From positions 28,396,001 through 28,460,000 of the forward strand of contig NC_092351.1 of assembly GCF_963676685.1 (NCBI RefSeq): a stretch of DNA of 64,000 nucleotides, given 5' to 3'. Position numbers and translations under genes: made by a program. Positions 26,391 to 38,624 of the stretch are shown here, in pieces. The notes beneath the pieces are model-generated. The model searched no databases and had not been told where the DNA came from. It was given only the letters and a program-made list of their open reading frames with translations. This DNA comes from Mytilus edulis. Its lineage: Eukaryota. Numbering within the stretch: the stretch's first letter is position 1; every line of letters starts with the position of its first letter.

Positions 26391-28535
26391 CATTCTTTAC
26401 TATTTTGGTCTGATCGTCATTGGTGAGTCTTATGTAGACAAAAGGCACGTATGGTGTATTCATTGTTTTCTTAAAATGTCCTGTACCAAGTCAGGAAAAT
26501 GGCCATATTTATATTATAGTTCGTTTCTGTGTGTGTTACATTTTATTGTCGAGTTTCTGTTGTGTCGTAGTTCTCCTCTTATATTTGATATGTTTCCCTC
26601 AGTTTTAGTTTGTAACTCGGATTTGTTGGTTTTTTTTCTCTCAATCAATTGATGAATTTCGAACAGCGATATTCTACTGATGTCTTTATTTAACAATGTT
26701 AAAAACGTGGACATTTGCTTTGAAAAATTTGAACATATACGTAATCCGTTTTTAAATGTGTTGCAAAATTGGGTTTTGGTCATGGATTCATGGAGGATAC
26801 AATGTTAGTGTTTTAGATATTTCTGATGGAAGCTACGAATAGTTTAGGACTATTGAACTGCGTTAACTACTGTTGCCTTTATCTTGCGGGGTCTGCCTAC
26901 CCTGCCGGAGCCTCTGATATCACTACCAGGTTTTTGTGGGGATCGTGTCAGTTTATTTTTGATCTACGAGTTTGACTTTCCCTTTGGTATCTCTCGACCC
27001 TTTTTTACGATCTTTTTCACCAAATCAACCCGTACTAATGATAATTTTTGTCCGCTCAAGTTAAAAAGTCAAGAAAAGACGAAATGTATTTCTTTTGCTG
27101 AAAAAGTTGAAAAACTCGGTTTGAATTAAAAATATAAAATTGTTAAAACTGGTACTGTCAGTGACCCCAGAAAATTTCTTGTGAGAAATAAAAAAAAAAC
27201 ATATCCTACCGAAACAAAAAAACTATAAATGTATGTATGAAAATAAATATTATTTACGACATATACTTAGGTTTGTTATTTTAAGGATCATCAACTACAC
27301 CGGATTTGTCAGTTAAGTACTATAGCTATATTTGATCTTAAATTTACTTTAATTGGAAAGTAAATCATATAATGAAAACACATATCAATTGAGTATATAA
27401 CTACATAAGGTTAATAAATAAAAAAAGAAAATACAGTAAAGGTATTATTTATACTATACTTTACGTCACATTTTATACTTAATTACACATCAAAAGAGAT
27501 TGCTTCCTTGTGACTATACTTGGCAGATCTAAAATTGATCCAGATATTCGTTCATCCTTAAATTTTATATCTAAAGTTATTAACTGAAAGGCAGAATTTC
27601 TAGATATTATTGGTCAAATATAAAAGTCAGATATTCCTACAAATAGCTAAACATAACAATAAAGTGCTAAGGATTTGTTGTGAACTTAATATTCTTACAC
27701 TATTTCGTGCTAATCTTAGATTCAAATTTTCTAAAATATATTAATCAACAAAACATAATAATGCATCATGATTTTTTTTTATTGTTTTAGATTATCCAAT
27801 TTAAAAAAAAAACACCAGAAGGAAGTTTACATTACTTATGGAATTTTCCATTTAATTAGCTTTCAATAAATAAAATATCGACACATTTTCTTCAATTTCA
27901 GAACTAATTGCGGAATTTATTTACTCTTACTTATTGTCACACAAATAATCACTGCAAACAATACTGAAATTCAATAAAACGTAACGAATAGCACGATGGG
28001 AAGAGAGGCAGAGAGGCAAAAGATACCATTAGGGATGTTCAAACTGACAAGTCAAAGATAAACATACTACGCCATGGCAAAACCGATAAGATCGAATTGT
28101 CGTAACCACAATTCCTTCCTCTTTTCATCGAACTTAACACCCCCGAATAAGACTTATTAACGGATTTGCACTCTACAAAATCTGCTTACCATTGTGAAGT
28201 AATTGAGATCATCCCGGTTCGTGCTGCTTAGTTTTTAATTTTTCATGTTGAGTTTTGTAGACTGTTTTTTGTCTTTAGCCGTTTCTGGCTTTTTGCAATA
28301 CAGTTGTCAGTTTGTCTTCGAAATGCGTTTGATATTTCTTTGGGTTCTTCCTCCTCTCTTCTATCCAATAGAGTTCAGGTAGAAATTTTGTTTCTGAAAC
28401 CAAGAAGAAAATGATTCAATACAATCCACGTGTTACTCAGTAACAGATTCTTTTTCAGCATCATCTTATGATGCAAAATTATAAAACATAGCCATGTTCA
28501 ATATTTACCCCGGTTAGCAAATTTCATATCTAATG

Positions 28536-28865
28536 AAAGAGGGGCGAAATATACCAGAGGAATAGTCAATCTAATAAATCGAAAATAAACTGACAACGCC
28601 ATGACTAAAAAGGAAAAAGAGAAACAGACAAATAATGTTACACAGTAAACAACATAGAAAACTAAAGACTGAGCAACACGAACCCAACCAAAAACTAGGG
28701 ATGATAACAGGTGCTCCGGAAGGGTAAGCAGATCCTGCTGCACATGTGGCACCTGTCGTGTTGCTACTGTTTTTACAAATCTAGTAAATAGTATAATTCT
28801 GTAGGTCACATTCATGAAAAGGGAACGGGATTGCGGTTACGACGTAAGAAACATATCCGATATCA
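28536..28865. repeat. Dispersed repeat (AAAAGAGGGACGAAAGATACC family)
   Basis: Copies at ~1711, 10920, 12120, 20660-20992, 22405-22510, 24300-24395, 26885-27005, 28011-28360, 34207-34417, 37809-37905 and 61110-61365. Confidence 0.85.
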
Positions 28866-30344
28866 AATTCCAAATAGTTATATTCAGACATTTCTTTCGT
28901 TAGCATATCTTTAATTGACATTAAATATATAATTCATTAAAATTTTTCGCAAGGTCTAGTAGTTGCTTTAAATCATTTCTAAAATGCAATACGTTTATCA
29001 TTTATAGCGTATAATACAAATACTCCCAATGTGTCAGGTTGTTGTAAGCACTTGCAAGTCGAGTTATACTAGCATCATGCTGTAATATAAATACAATAAA
29101 ACACTAATAGTATGTTTTCCGAATAAGATTTTTTAGCTGTCGGAATTCGAATCGATGTTGGAATGTGTGTGTGTGATAGGTGTCACTTTATACAAATACA
29201 AATGCTTAAAAAGTTTTTCAGTGCAGCAAATTTTGTCAAAAATGCAAAATACGGCGAAGTCAAATTAGACAAATTTCAGGCACTTATTAGAACTACAAAT
29301 TATAGTGGTTTTTTTAATTATCAAACTTAAATTGTTATATGAAGGAAGAAAATTGTTCGTAGGAGGGAAGATATGAAATAACTTAAAATTTACTTTGTCT
29401 AATTCGACATTATCATAATCAGACCATTTTCTATCGTTTTGAACTTGTTTCTTTGGCAGTTTTATAATTTCAAACGCCTAATAATCCATTTCCTGAATAT
29501 TTACCTTGTTACTTTATATAAAGAAATGCATTCTGAAATATGAAGATGAATGAAAAAGAAAAACATATTAACACTAAACGAACGATGACATTAAAAGGTT
29601 GAAGTCGATTGAAGTTCTTTTTTTTTTCATTTAAAAAAAAACGCGAATATTACACATTTAAATTTGTATCATGTACATTCAACAACAAAACCCAGACTGT
29701 ATTTTTGCCCAGATTCGTGTGACTTTTTAGAAATATTAATCTATCTACGCAAAGTAACGTTGCTGTATCACCCATCTATTATTGACAGGGGTTATTGAAT
29801 ACAAAATCATTCTCATAAAGGATAAAACGGTTAAGGACTTTCAGCTCTAGTTCTCAAAGATATGTTTTAAATGTTAAGTTTAAAAAACATAAAAATTACG
29901 TCCGTCTGTAATCAAACTCTTTATTAAGCTACAATTAAACTAGACCATGTAGTCCGTTTATAAAATTAACAGTATAAGAATCTGTTTCTATTCATAGTAT
30001 GATAAATTTGATTTTTTGATGGTGTAATTTTACAAAATCATTCTTGATCAACAAGATTTGACTTCAGATGATCCTTGTTCATGAGAAATTTTTGAGTGAT
30101 AACAAATTCGAGTAAAGATTATAATGTTTATGTCATGTTTTTGATTTTAAAACGTTATATCGTGTTTAACTTTAAGATGATGAATTTGCATCCAAGAACA
30201 CGTAGTAATGAGGCAGTACCATTTATTTATTTAAAATGTTCGACAAAAGATCGTTTTAAGTTTAGGCTTTCATTCTTTTTATAGTAAAATAACATGTTTT
30301 AGGTTATGAAAAACACACTGATTCCATTAAAGAGTCATCAAATA

Positions 30345-31295
30345 CAGGGGTGGAGCCATGATTTTGGAAAGAGGGCGCTAAGTATGTAAACCTTGCTGAG
30401 CGGCGCGATGCGAAAAAAAATGTTTACCTTTTTTTGGTTAAAAAACATAAAATAAGTGTAAACGATGCACTTTTTTTAATGGTTCCTGACGTAGGGCATG
30501 TATATTTCATAGTTGAAGTGTAAGTGTTGGACATTTTGATGCCATATTTTCCCCATTAATTGTCGATTATAAAATGATTGGATGGATCCAAAGCTATGTA
30601 CTAATATATTTGATGTGGGACTCTTATGTAAAAAATGGACATGTTTTATGTTTAGTTAGCGTAACCCCACAGATTTCTTGTAAATATACGCCGGGCTATT
30701 ATATGAAATTTTCAATACCACCGACACAAGTAAGGAAGACAAACAACAATTTTTATCCAAATGTATGGTTGAAATGTTTCAGCTAACAAGGGATGTGACG
30801 GATTCCAAATAAACCAAAGGCTACAAATAAGTCTGATATGGCAACGAATTTATGAATGACAATCGACAAATGGAGTCATAAAGGCCACACAGGCCACGAG
30901 CAGGCAGGTCGCATTTGGGCCTTGAAAAAAGTATTCAATTTATCAGTTCGGCGAAACAGACATTCCGGTCATGCAGTTATGGGATTTACATGTAACCCCC
31001 GGCCCCAAATAAATAACGTTTTCACAATGACTGAATGATGTTTTTTTGACGGACTGGTCAACTCCACCGTAGCGAATCACAAAACTTTGTCATTATCAAT
31101 AATATATTACAGTAAATACGAGCCAAAAAAATCTTTAAAGTAAAGAATTGTTGCATGAAAATTAAATACACGGGAAATAGCAAAGTTCACGAAGTCTAGT
31201 CTAATTAACAGTCATTTAAAAATATAAAGTATGAGCAAACGGAGGCGGGGGGGGGGTGACGTACGCCCTGTACGCCCCCTCTGGATCCGCCACTG
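30345..31295. mobile_element. hAT-like non-autonomous element
   Basis: Left CAGGGGTGGAGCCA versus right reverse complement CAGTGGCGGATCCA (11/14); no TSD recognisable. Confidence 0.6.
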
Positions 31296-31606
31296 GAATA
31301 TGATATAATATGATATAATCACAATTCTTGTCTTTTTGATCGCCAACACATTTATAGAGTTGTGGATGGATATTTGAAAAGACAGTTGGTGAGTTGGTAT
31401 ACTATGGGCACTAAGAGTACACTTTCGGATTTTTTTGAAATATGAATTTGAATCACACAGAAACTTCTCATAGACAAAAAAGAAATCTCCTCTTTCAAAA
31501 GTTTATAAAAAAGAAGATGTGGTATGATTGCCAATGAGACAACTCTCCTTAAGAGACCAGATGACACAGATATTAACCTCTATTGGTCACTGTACGGCCT
31601 TCAATA

Positions 31607-31775
31607 AGTTCACTACCATATTCATTGATGAGATCCTGTCACTCAATTTACATGAGTGAGTACTTGTATCTCATCTACTACAAATAACTTGAGATTAAGG
31701 ATAATATCGCACTAAAAGGTCTGCTTCATATCTTGATTATTACGTCGATATTGACACATATGAACGACTAAAAAG
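31607..31775 (+). mobile_element. Short Penelope-like RT fragment
   Basis: FIDEILSLN (IDD-like motif), LEIKD and KRSASYLD remnants with frameshifts. Confidence 0.6.
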
Positions 31776-33042
31776 ACTGCTGCTTCCAACAATGAAACAG
31801 TACAGGATTTTTTAAAAGTACTGTTGTGTTTTCAAAATTAACAATTGATTACACGTCTCTGTGGTAAACTAAAAAGTGTACTCTGTATTTGAAATATTCC
31901 ATAATCCAATTTTATTAAGTCCTCGTCGTTGCAAACAAATTAATAAGCAATTATTTCTACCATTGTCATCGTTTTGAATAAATTTAATACCAAGTTTTAA
32001 TCATAAAGGTTTAGGTTATTTAGATATAAAAAACTGTTTTCTGGTTAAGCTACCTATAAATGTAATTCAGTTACTAACAATTCTATCTGATCAGTCCTGT
32101 ATTCCTTTTTTAAATATATTAGTCTCGTGAGTCGAAAAAAGATGGTGATGATGATAAAGATCATATACAGTCTTTTGACAATAATCGCAAAACTAAGAAT
32201 GGAAAAAAGTTACACGCCCCACTTTCAAAATGTTAAACCACATAGACTGCCGGATTGTGAAACAAAACAAAGGATTTTGAAAGTAAGTAATCAAAATCAT
32301 TTGTTAACAATATTACAAAATCATGGTTGTGACTCTGCGACAATTTTTATTAGGTGTGTTCCAACGTATGTGGATTTATCCTGAACACGACTTCCTGGAA
32401 AAAGTACTGTTTTACAATGAGAAATATAATTTACGTATTCATTTGAAACGTTTTATTCTATATAAGGCCTATGTCATGTTTGCTGTAAATGCTGAAAAAA
32501 AACCCAGGAAGAACAAGCAGTAATAAAACCGAAAATTACTCCAAACGACATGCAAAAACGGCGTTCTTTTATCGTATATTTTATCAGAATTTACAGTAAT
32601 AAATCTTGTTAGTTAATCGATTGAAAAGAAGAATGAATATATATAACAAACAAAAACTAAGGGAATTGCATGAACTAAAAAATAAGCGAAATCAAGTTGA
32701 ATCGACATTGTAAGCGTCTCTTGATATAAACGTTCACACGCCATACAAATATACATCCGGTCAAACTGTCACAATCAAGAATAGAATCCAACCTGTTAAA
32801 TGGAAACTTAAATTACAACTAAGATCCTCGAAAGAGCATGGTCACGCATTTTACATCGACGAGGAGTGTTTCATTGACGAGAAATGTATTATGAATTTTC
32901 GATTATGTTAAATGTTAAACGTCTTTAATTTTTATTTATTCTTTTATGTTTGCCTTTTTGTCGTTTTTTTGGATGCCTTGATGTTATCAGCGTGTATTCG
33001 ACATAACAGTTTTTTTTAGTTTAAATATCTTTTTTGGTTTCG

Positions 33043-33228
33043 TTGGCCAATAAAATTAACCATTCTTTGTCGCTTTCTTAGAAAGAAGATATCATTAAAC
33101 GAAAAGATACATATTTTTTCTTATTTGCAGTTATATTGGCCAATAAAATTAACCATTCTTTGTCGCTTTCTTAGAAAGAAGATATAATTAAACGAGAAGA
33201 TACATATTTTTTCTTATTTGCAGTTATA
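33043..33228 (+). repeat. Recent 93-bp tandem duplication
   Basis: Units at 33043 and 33136 differ by 2 substitutions. Confidence 0.95.
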
Positions 33229-34967
33229 TCCCTATTATTAAGAATGACCAAATCAGTAAAAACATAGCAGGAAGCACTTTTAAATGTCATCTTTGAGCCT
33301 GTTCCAAGTCGGGAGCCACTGGGATTTGTTAGTTTGTATGATTTTAGTTTTTAAAATATATTTTTGAGTTGAGTATGACGTTCATTATCACTGAACTAAA
33401 ACACATTTTTGTTTAGGGGTCAGCTGCAGAACGCCTCCGGGTGTAGGATTTTCTCGCTGTATTGAAGACTCATCGGTGGCCTTCGGCTGTTTTCCGCTTC
33501 TTGTTTGGGTTGTTGTCTCTTTGACACATTCTCTATTTCCATTCTCAATTTCATCTTAAATATTGATTGAAATTGTCAAATTGATCAAACAAATTTCAGT
33601 CTTTATATATATTTTAATTTCTTTCGCGTTTTTCCATTTCTTTGCCAGCAGTTTCTTTTCTAAAACTTAAGCATCAGGCAGTTTTATTTCTAATTGGGTT
33701 TGAATTGCAAGCACGCATGCTGTCGCATTTGATGACGTGGTTTTTATTTGTTTTTTCTTCATCTTCGTTTCTTAAAGCATTTGTTCGAAATATAGTATTA
33801 AAAAATTAATGCTGTTTTGTTTTTGTATACCAAACTCATTTCATGTAGCAAACTGTTTTATTGACTTCCGTGAAATCGAAATTAGTGTTATCAAACCATA
33901 CAATGTGCAATTATGTTAATGATTATCAAAGAGACAGTAATAAACATCGACAATTAATGTCGAAATTATAGTTTGTCGCAATAAAAAAAAATAAAAAAAA
34001 TTGATGTATTTCAATCATTTTAGATAACAAAGAAAGATATCAATCATTCGGTTTTGCCATTTTAATTGATAATAAGGCAATGACACAATGGAATAGTTTT
34101 ATTACAAAACAATAATACTACAAAACTGAAGGTGTCAGGTTCAAACAAACTTTAAAAGAGTCAGGTTAATAATCATCAAGAGTAAAATACCATACATCAA
34201 TTTATTTGTGGAGCAGGATCTGCTTACCCTTCCGGAGCACCTCAGATCACCCCTAGTTTTTGGTGGGGTTCGTGTTGTTTATTCTTTAGTTTTCTATGTT
34301 GTGTCATGTGTACTATTGTTTTTCTGTTTGTCTTTTTCATTTTTTAGCCATGGCGTTGTCAGTTTGTTTTATATTTATGAGTTTGACTGTTCCTTTGGTA
34401 TCTTTCGTCCCTCTTTTATTATCAGACGGCATTCATATTTATTGTTTGAGTTCTTTTTTTTAGATAAACTCACCGTAGATAAACTCGAGTAAGAAACAAA
34501 TCTGTAAAAAAGAAAACTGAAAAAAAACAATCCAATGTGTATATTTTTTGTGCGTACAAGACGATATCTCAGATCTTAAAAAAAAGGAACTTACGAACGT
34601 CGTGTTTCAACTAATGAATTAGAAAATAAAAATGTAAAATCAACAAAACGCGATGAAATATATAACAATTTCACTAGAATATAATAATAAATTGCGTGAC
34701 CCCTAACTGAAAGGAAAGTCTTTAGAGTCAAACCGAAATGAATGATGGAAACTTTTTTTACCAGGCTTTCTTTATTGCTTCATGGATGAAACCAGCATAA
34801 AAGAAAGGTGTGAAGACATATTTTTTACACACAGGATTACAATGCTTCATGCTAGAGATGAAAAAGATACTAAATCTCACTTTTTCCAATCGATCTAGAT
34901 ATCATAAAAATCAGGCCATATGTTAGCGTTTATACGATTAATTTGTTACAATAATTTTCATAATTTC

Positions 34968-35556
34968 AAAGGAGTAGGTTCAGTAAGACCCCTTTATGGT
35001 CCCAAAATATAGCAGTTTTACAAAATTGTTAAAATGTAAACCTTTAGTTATTTATTGGACAGTAGAATGCTTCTGCTACATAAATATGGGCTGTTTTTTA
35101 CAATACAATGCACATATATCCGGTACTAGCACCATTAAGTCATGCTAAATTACTAAAATCCTCATAATTCTAGCATTTTAGTTTAATTTTAGACGGTTTT
35201 CGTGTAAAACAAAACGAAAGTGGCCGCATTCGTGTTCATCCTTAATATTGAAATGTAAGTTGTATTTTATGATAATACATAACATATATAAAGGTTGAGG
35301 ATGAACACGGAGGCGGCCACTTTCATTTTTACCAAAAACCATCTGAAAAGTGACATTTTTTGGCATATTAGGTAGATTTTTCATATTTGAGCTTGAATCG
35401 GATCGTTTTTAATGACTAAATCTGTTAAAATCTTTCACATAAACTAATTAATTCAAATAAAATAGACACTTAAGTGTTTAAAAAGTGGTCAAAATCTTTC
35501 GTCAGATGAACCTGAAATTTGAGGCCAAAATCGGTCCTTACCGGACCTACTCCTTT
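34968..35556 (-). mobile_element. AAAGGAGTAGG-family MITE (inverted)
   Basis: Reverse complement of the 21133 copy with both TIRs. Confidence 0.9.
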
Positions 35557-35786
35557 CTGATAGTTGATAGCCTGAGTTGTACCTTTTAAATGCTTTATGT
35601 AATGAAAGTGAATTTTGAAATATGAAGATGAATGAAAAAGAAAATTTTAAAACATGCAACGAACGATGACATGAAAAATTTGAAGTCGATTGAAGTTTTG
35701 TATTATATTTTAAAAAATCTGAATATCTCACCTTTTAATGTGTATAATCAACTTTTAAGTACGTAAGTTAGTCCTTTTTTTGCCAG

Positions 35787-35901
35787 ACTCGTGGCTTTTA
35801 AGAAATATTTCTCTTACTACGTTTAGTAGCATTGCTGTGTCATCATTCTATAATCGCTGTGGGTTATTAAATACAAACTCATTTTCTCAAAGGAAAAAAC
35901 G
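35787..35901 (+). CDS. Candidate exon (SWLLRNISLTTFSSIAV...FSQRKK)
   Basis: Acceptor tcctttttttgccAG, possible donor GTTAAG, synonymous-type differences versus the paralogue at 29713-29829. Phase does not join directly to 38449. Confidence 0.3.
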
Positions 35902-38448
35902 GTTAAGCCCTTAAAGCTCTATTTTATTCTTATTGATTTGAGTTGTTTTGAACAACAAAAAATCATCCGTCTGTAATAAAACTCTTTGGTAGCTCTAATT
36001 AAAGCTCTCCAAATTATTCCTTGAAAAAAGAATATGAATATGTTCCTAGAATAACACATTGGTGTTTTTTTTTTGTGCAATTGGATAAAACTATTCTTGA
36101 TCAACAACTTTGAAAATTCTGTTCTGCAAGACTTACCAAGTGACAGAATCTACATGACGATAAGGTAATGATACTACTTTTCATACCAAGATTTGACACA
36201 ACGAAAAGTATATCCTATTAATTAGGTGAAAATAATGTTCATTAAAATGTAATTCAGTATAGTAAGTTTTAAGTGATATATATACAACTGACTTCACATA
36301 TTTTGCATGAAGCTTTTTTCAAGTGTGCTTCTTCAAATGTTTGTTTTTTATAACTTGCTTCGGTAAAGAGAATATTTATAACAAACATTTCTTAAATTCT
36401 TCGTTTATGAAATCAAAAATCATAATAAAACTAGGGTTCATACTCCAACAGGCAAAAAGTTCATATCACAAAAATACTGAACTCCGAGGAAAATTCTAAA
36501 CGGAAAGTCCCAAATCAAATGGCAAAATCGAAATGATAAAACACATAAAACGAATGGATAACAACTGTCATATTCTTGACTTGGTACCTGCATTTTCAAG
36601 TGTAGAAAATGGTGGATTGAGCCTGGTTATATAGCGAAAAGTAGCCTTTGACAGACTTGAATGTCCCTTTTGTCGGATAACTATTTTATTGTGCGGTTCG
36701 ATTTTTATCCATCCGACTTTCCTATTTTTGGTTTGGAGCGTTCCTGAATACAGAAAAACGCTTTGCACGCATACAATTGGTAGTTTTATTTATAGTTTAC
36801 AAGCTGTCTATATGTATAGTAATTTACATTGAAAAAAAGGTTGTTTACAAGAAAATAATGATAAATAATCGATTGTCTTGTATTAATTAACTTTATTACA
36901 AGAGAGCTGACACATGATTTGAACTGAATACTAGTCCTTGCACTGATTTTCGTATGCTACCTTTATTGTAACATCCACATCTTAAATAATGAACAATTTA
37001 AAGGACTATAAAGTATGAAAGCGGCTGAAAATATATATGAAGCAAAAAATATAAGTTAAAACTATCAATGAAAACCGAAAAAAAATTAATATGAAAAATG
37101 ATGAAAGTAAACAATCAGAAGCCGTTTCAAACTTTGCACACTGTGTCTCGAATTTTGTCTTTTTAATTGAGTATTCAATATGTAAATACATGAAAAGAAT
37201 GTCATTCATTATATAATATTAAGAATAAAAATATGAAGAAATTTGACACTTATTTCAAGTTAATCTATGAAACATCTGACGCAAAAATGAACTTTTTAAT
37301 TAAAAAATAAACAGAGCCTAAAAGTTAAAGGTTGATATCATGCGTTTGACGCATTTTTATACATTCGTTTGTTTGTGGAGAGACTGTTTTAAAGACTGAT
37401 GCTTTTGAATTTATGAACCCTACCCCTTTTTGTTATTTTCCAAGATTACAAATCTGAAATTAAATGTGGTACAATAGAAAAATAAGAGATGTGATATGAA
37501 TGCAATGAGAAAAATGAGACGAATATTTACTCAACTATAGGTTACATTGCCGTTTACAATGACCATATCCATACCGTATTGTAACCTATAAGAGGCTCCG
37601 CCATGACAAAATATAAAACAATTTTCAATCGAAAAAAAACGGAATAATTTATGAGATTTTTTCACTAGAAAACAGATATGACAAACTGCAACAAAACACA
37701 ACTAGCGAATCACAATTACTGTCTTGAGACACACATGTTTGACTGCTCAAACCTTTATCTTGAAGAGTGGTGTAAATGAACATCAAACGGTATTAATTCC
37801 AGACGTCTAAAAAGAGGCGCGAAAGTTACCAGAGGGACATGCAAACTCATAGATCGAAAATAAACTGAAAGCGCCATGACTTAAAACGAAGCAGACAAAC
37901 AGAAAAATTAAATAAAATTGAGAATGGAAATGGGGAATGTGTCAAAGAGACAACAACCCGACCATTAAACAGACAAAAGAACAGCAGAAGGTCACCAACA
38001 GGTAAATATATATCCACATTATTCTACCTTTAGACGTCAATTATCTGTGATGAGTTATTATTCATGGTTATGTTTAAATTCAAGACTACAGTAATCTTAT
38101 TTGTCTTTATTTCTATGGTATTTCAAACTTTTTCCTAAATGATCAAATATATTAATTCTAACTTACCAAAGAGTATAGACATTTATGAAGAATTGTGTTT
38201 CTAAATAATGAAAGACCACAAAACTAAACAAAATTTAAATACAATTATGATTTAAAAAAACGTTTTAATTACTTTTTATGAAACTTCGACACCACTGTCG
38301 AAATAACAAGCAATGCTTCCTGCTTCATTGTTATATTGTCATCGTTTTAAATGATTTTAATAAATCTTTCTATCATAAAGGTTTAGATAATTCAAAAGAT
38401 TAATATATTTTGGTTAAGCTATCTATAAATTTGATTATTGTAATCCAG

Positions 38449-38624
38449 GTATAAACAATTCTATCAGATCTGTCTTGAATTCTTTTCTAAATAGTATTAA
38501 TCATAAAAGTAGTAGGACAACTGTTGGTGACGGGGATAAAGATCCAATCGCTATTTACTGTAATAACTTCGAAACTGAGAATGATCTGAAGAATAAAACT
38601 ACACTCCTTATTTCAAAGGGTTAA
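38449..38624 (+). CDS. Candidate terminal exon (INNSIRSVLNSFLNSINH...TTLLISKG*) of an unknown gene
   Basis: CCAG acceptor, 57 open codons, and synonymous-type differences versus the paralogue at 32071-32236 with the stop at the homologous position. Confidence 0.35.

Larger units (their letters stand above)
29713..32236 (+). pseudogene. Disabled paralogues of the two candidate exons
   Basis: Stops TGA 29783, TAA 29816 and TGA 32088, plus a frameshift, where the downstream copy is open. Confidence 0.3.

Noticed and set aside
28498-28815. 105-aa ORF, and related ORFs at 34208, 26884 and 10965
   Set aside because: Incidental frames within a multi-copy repeat; frame not conserved among copies.
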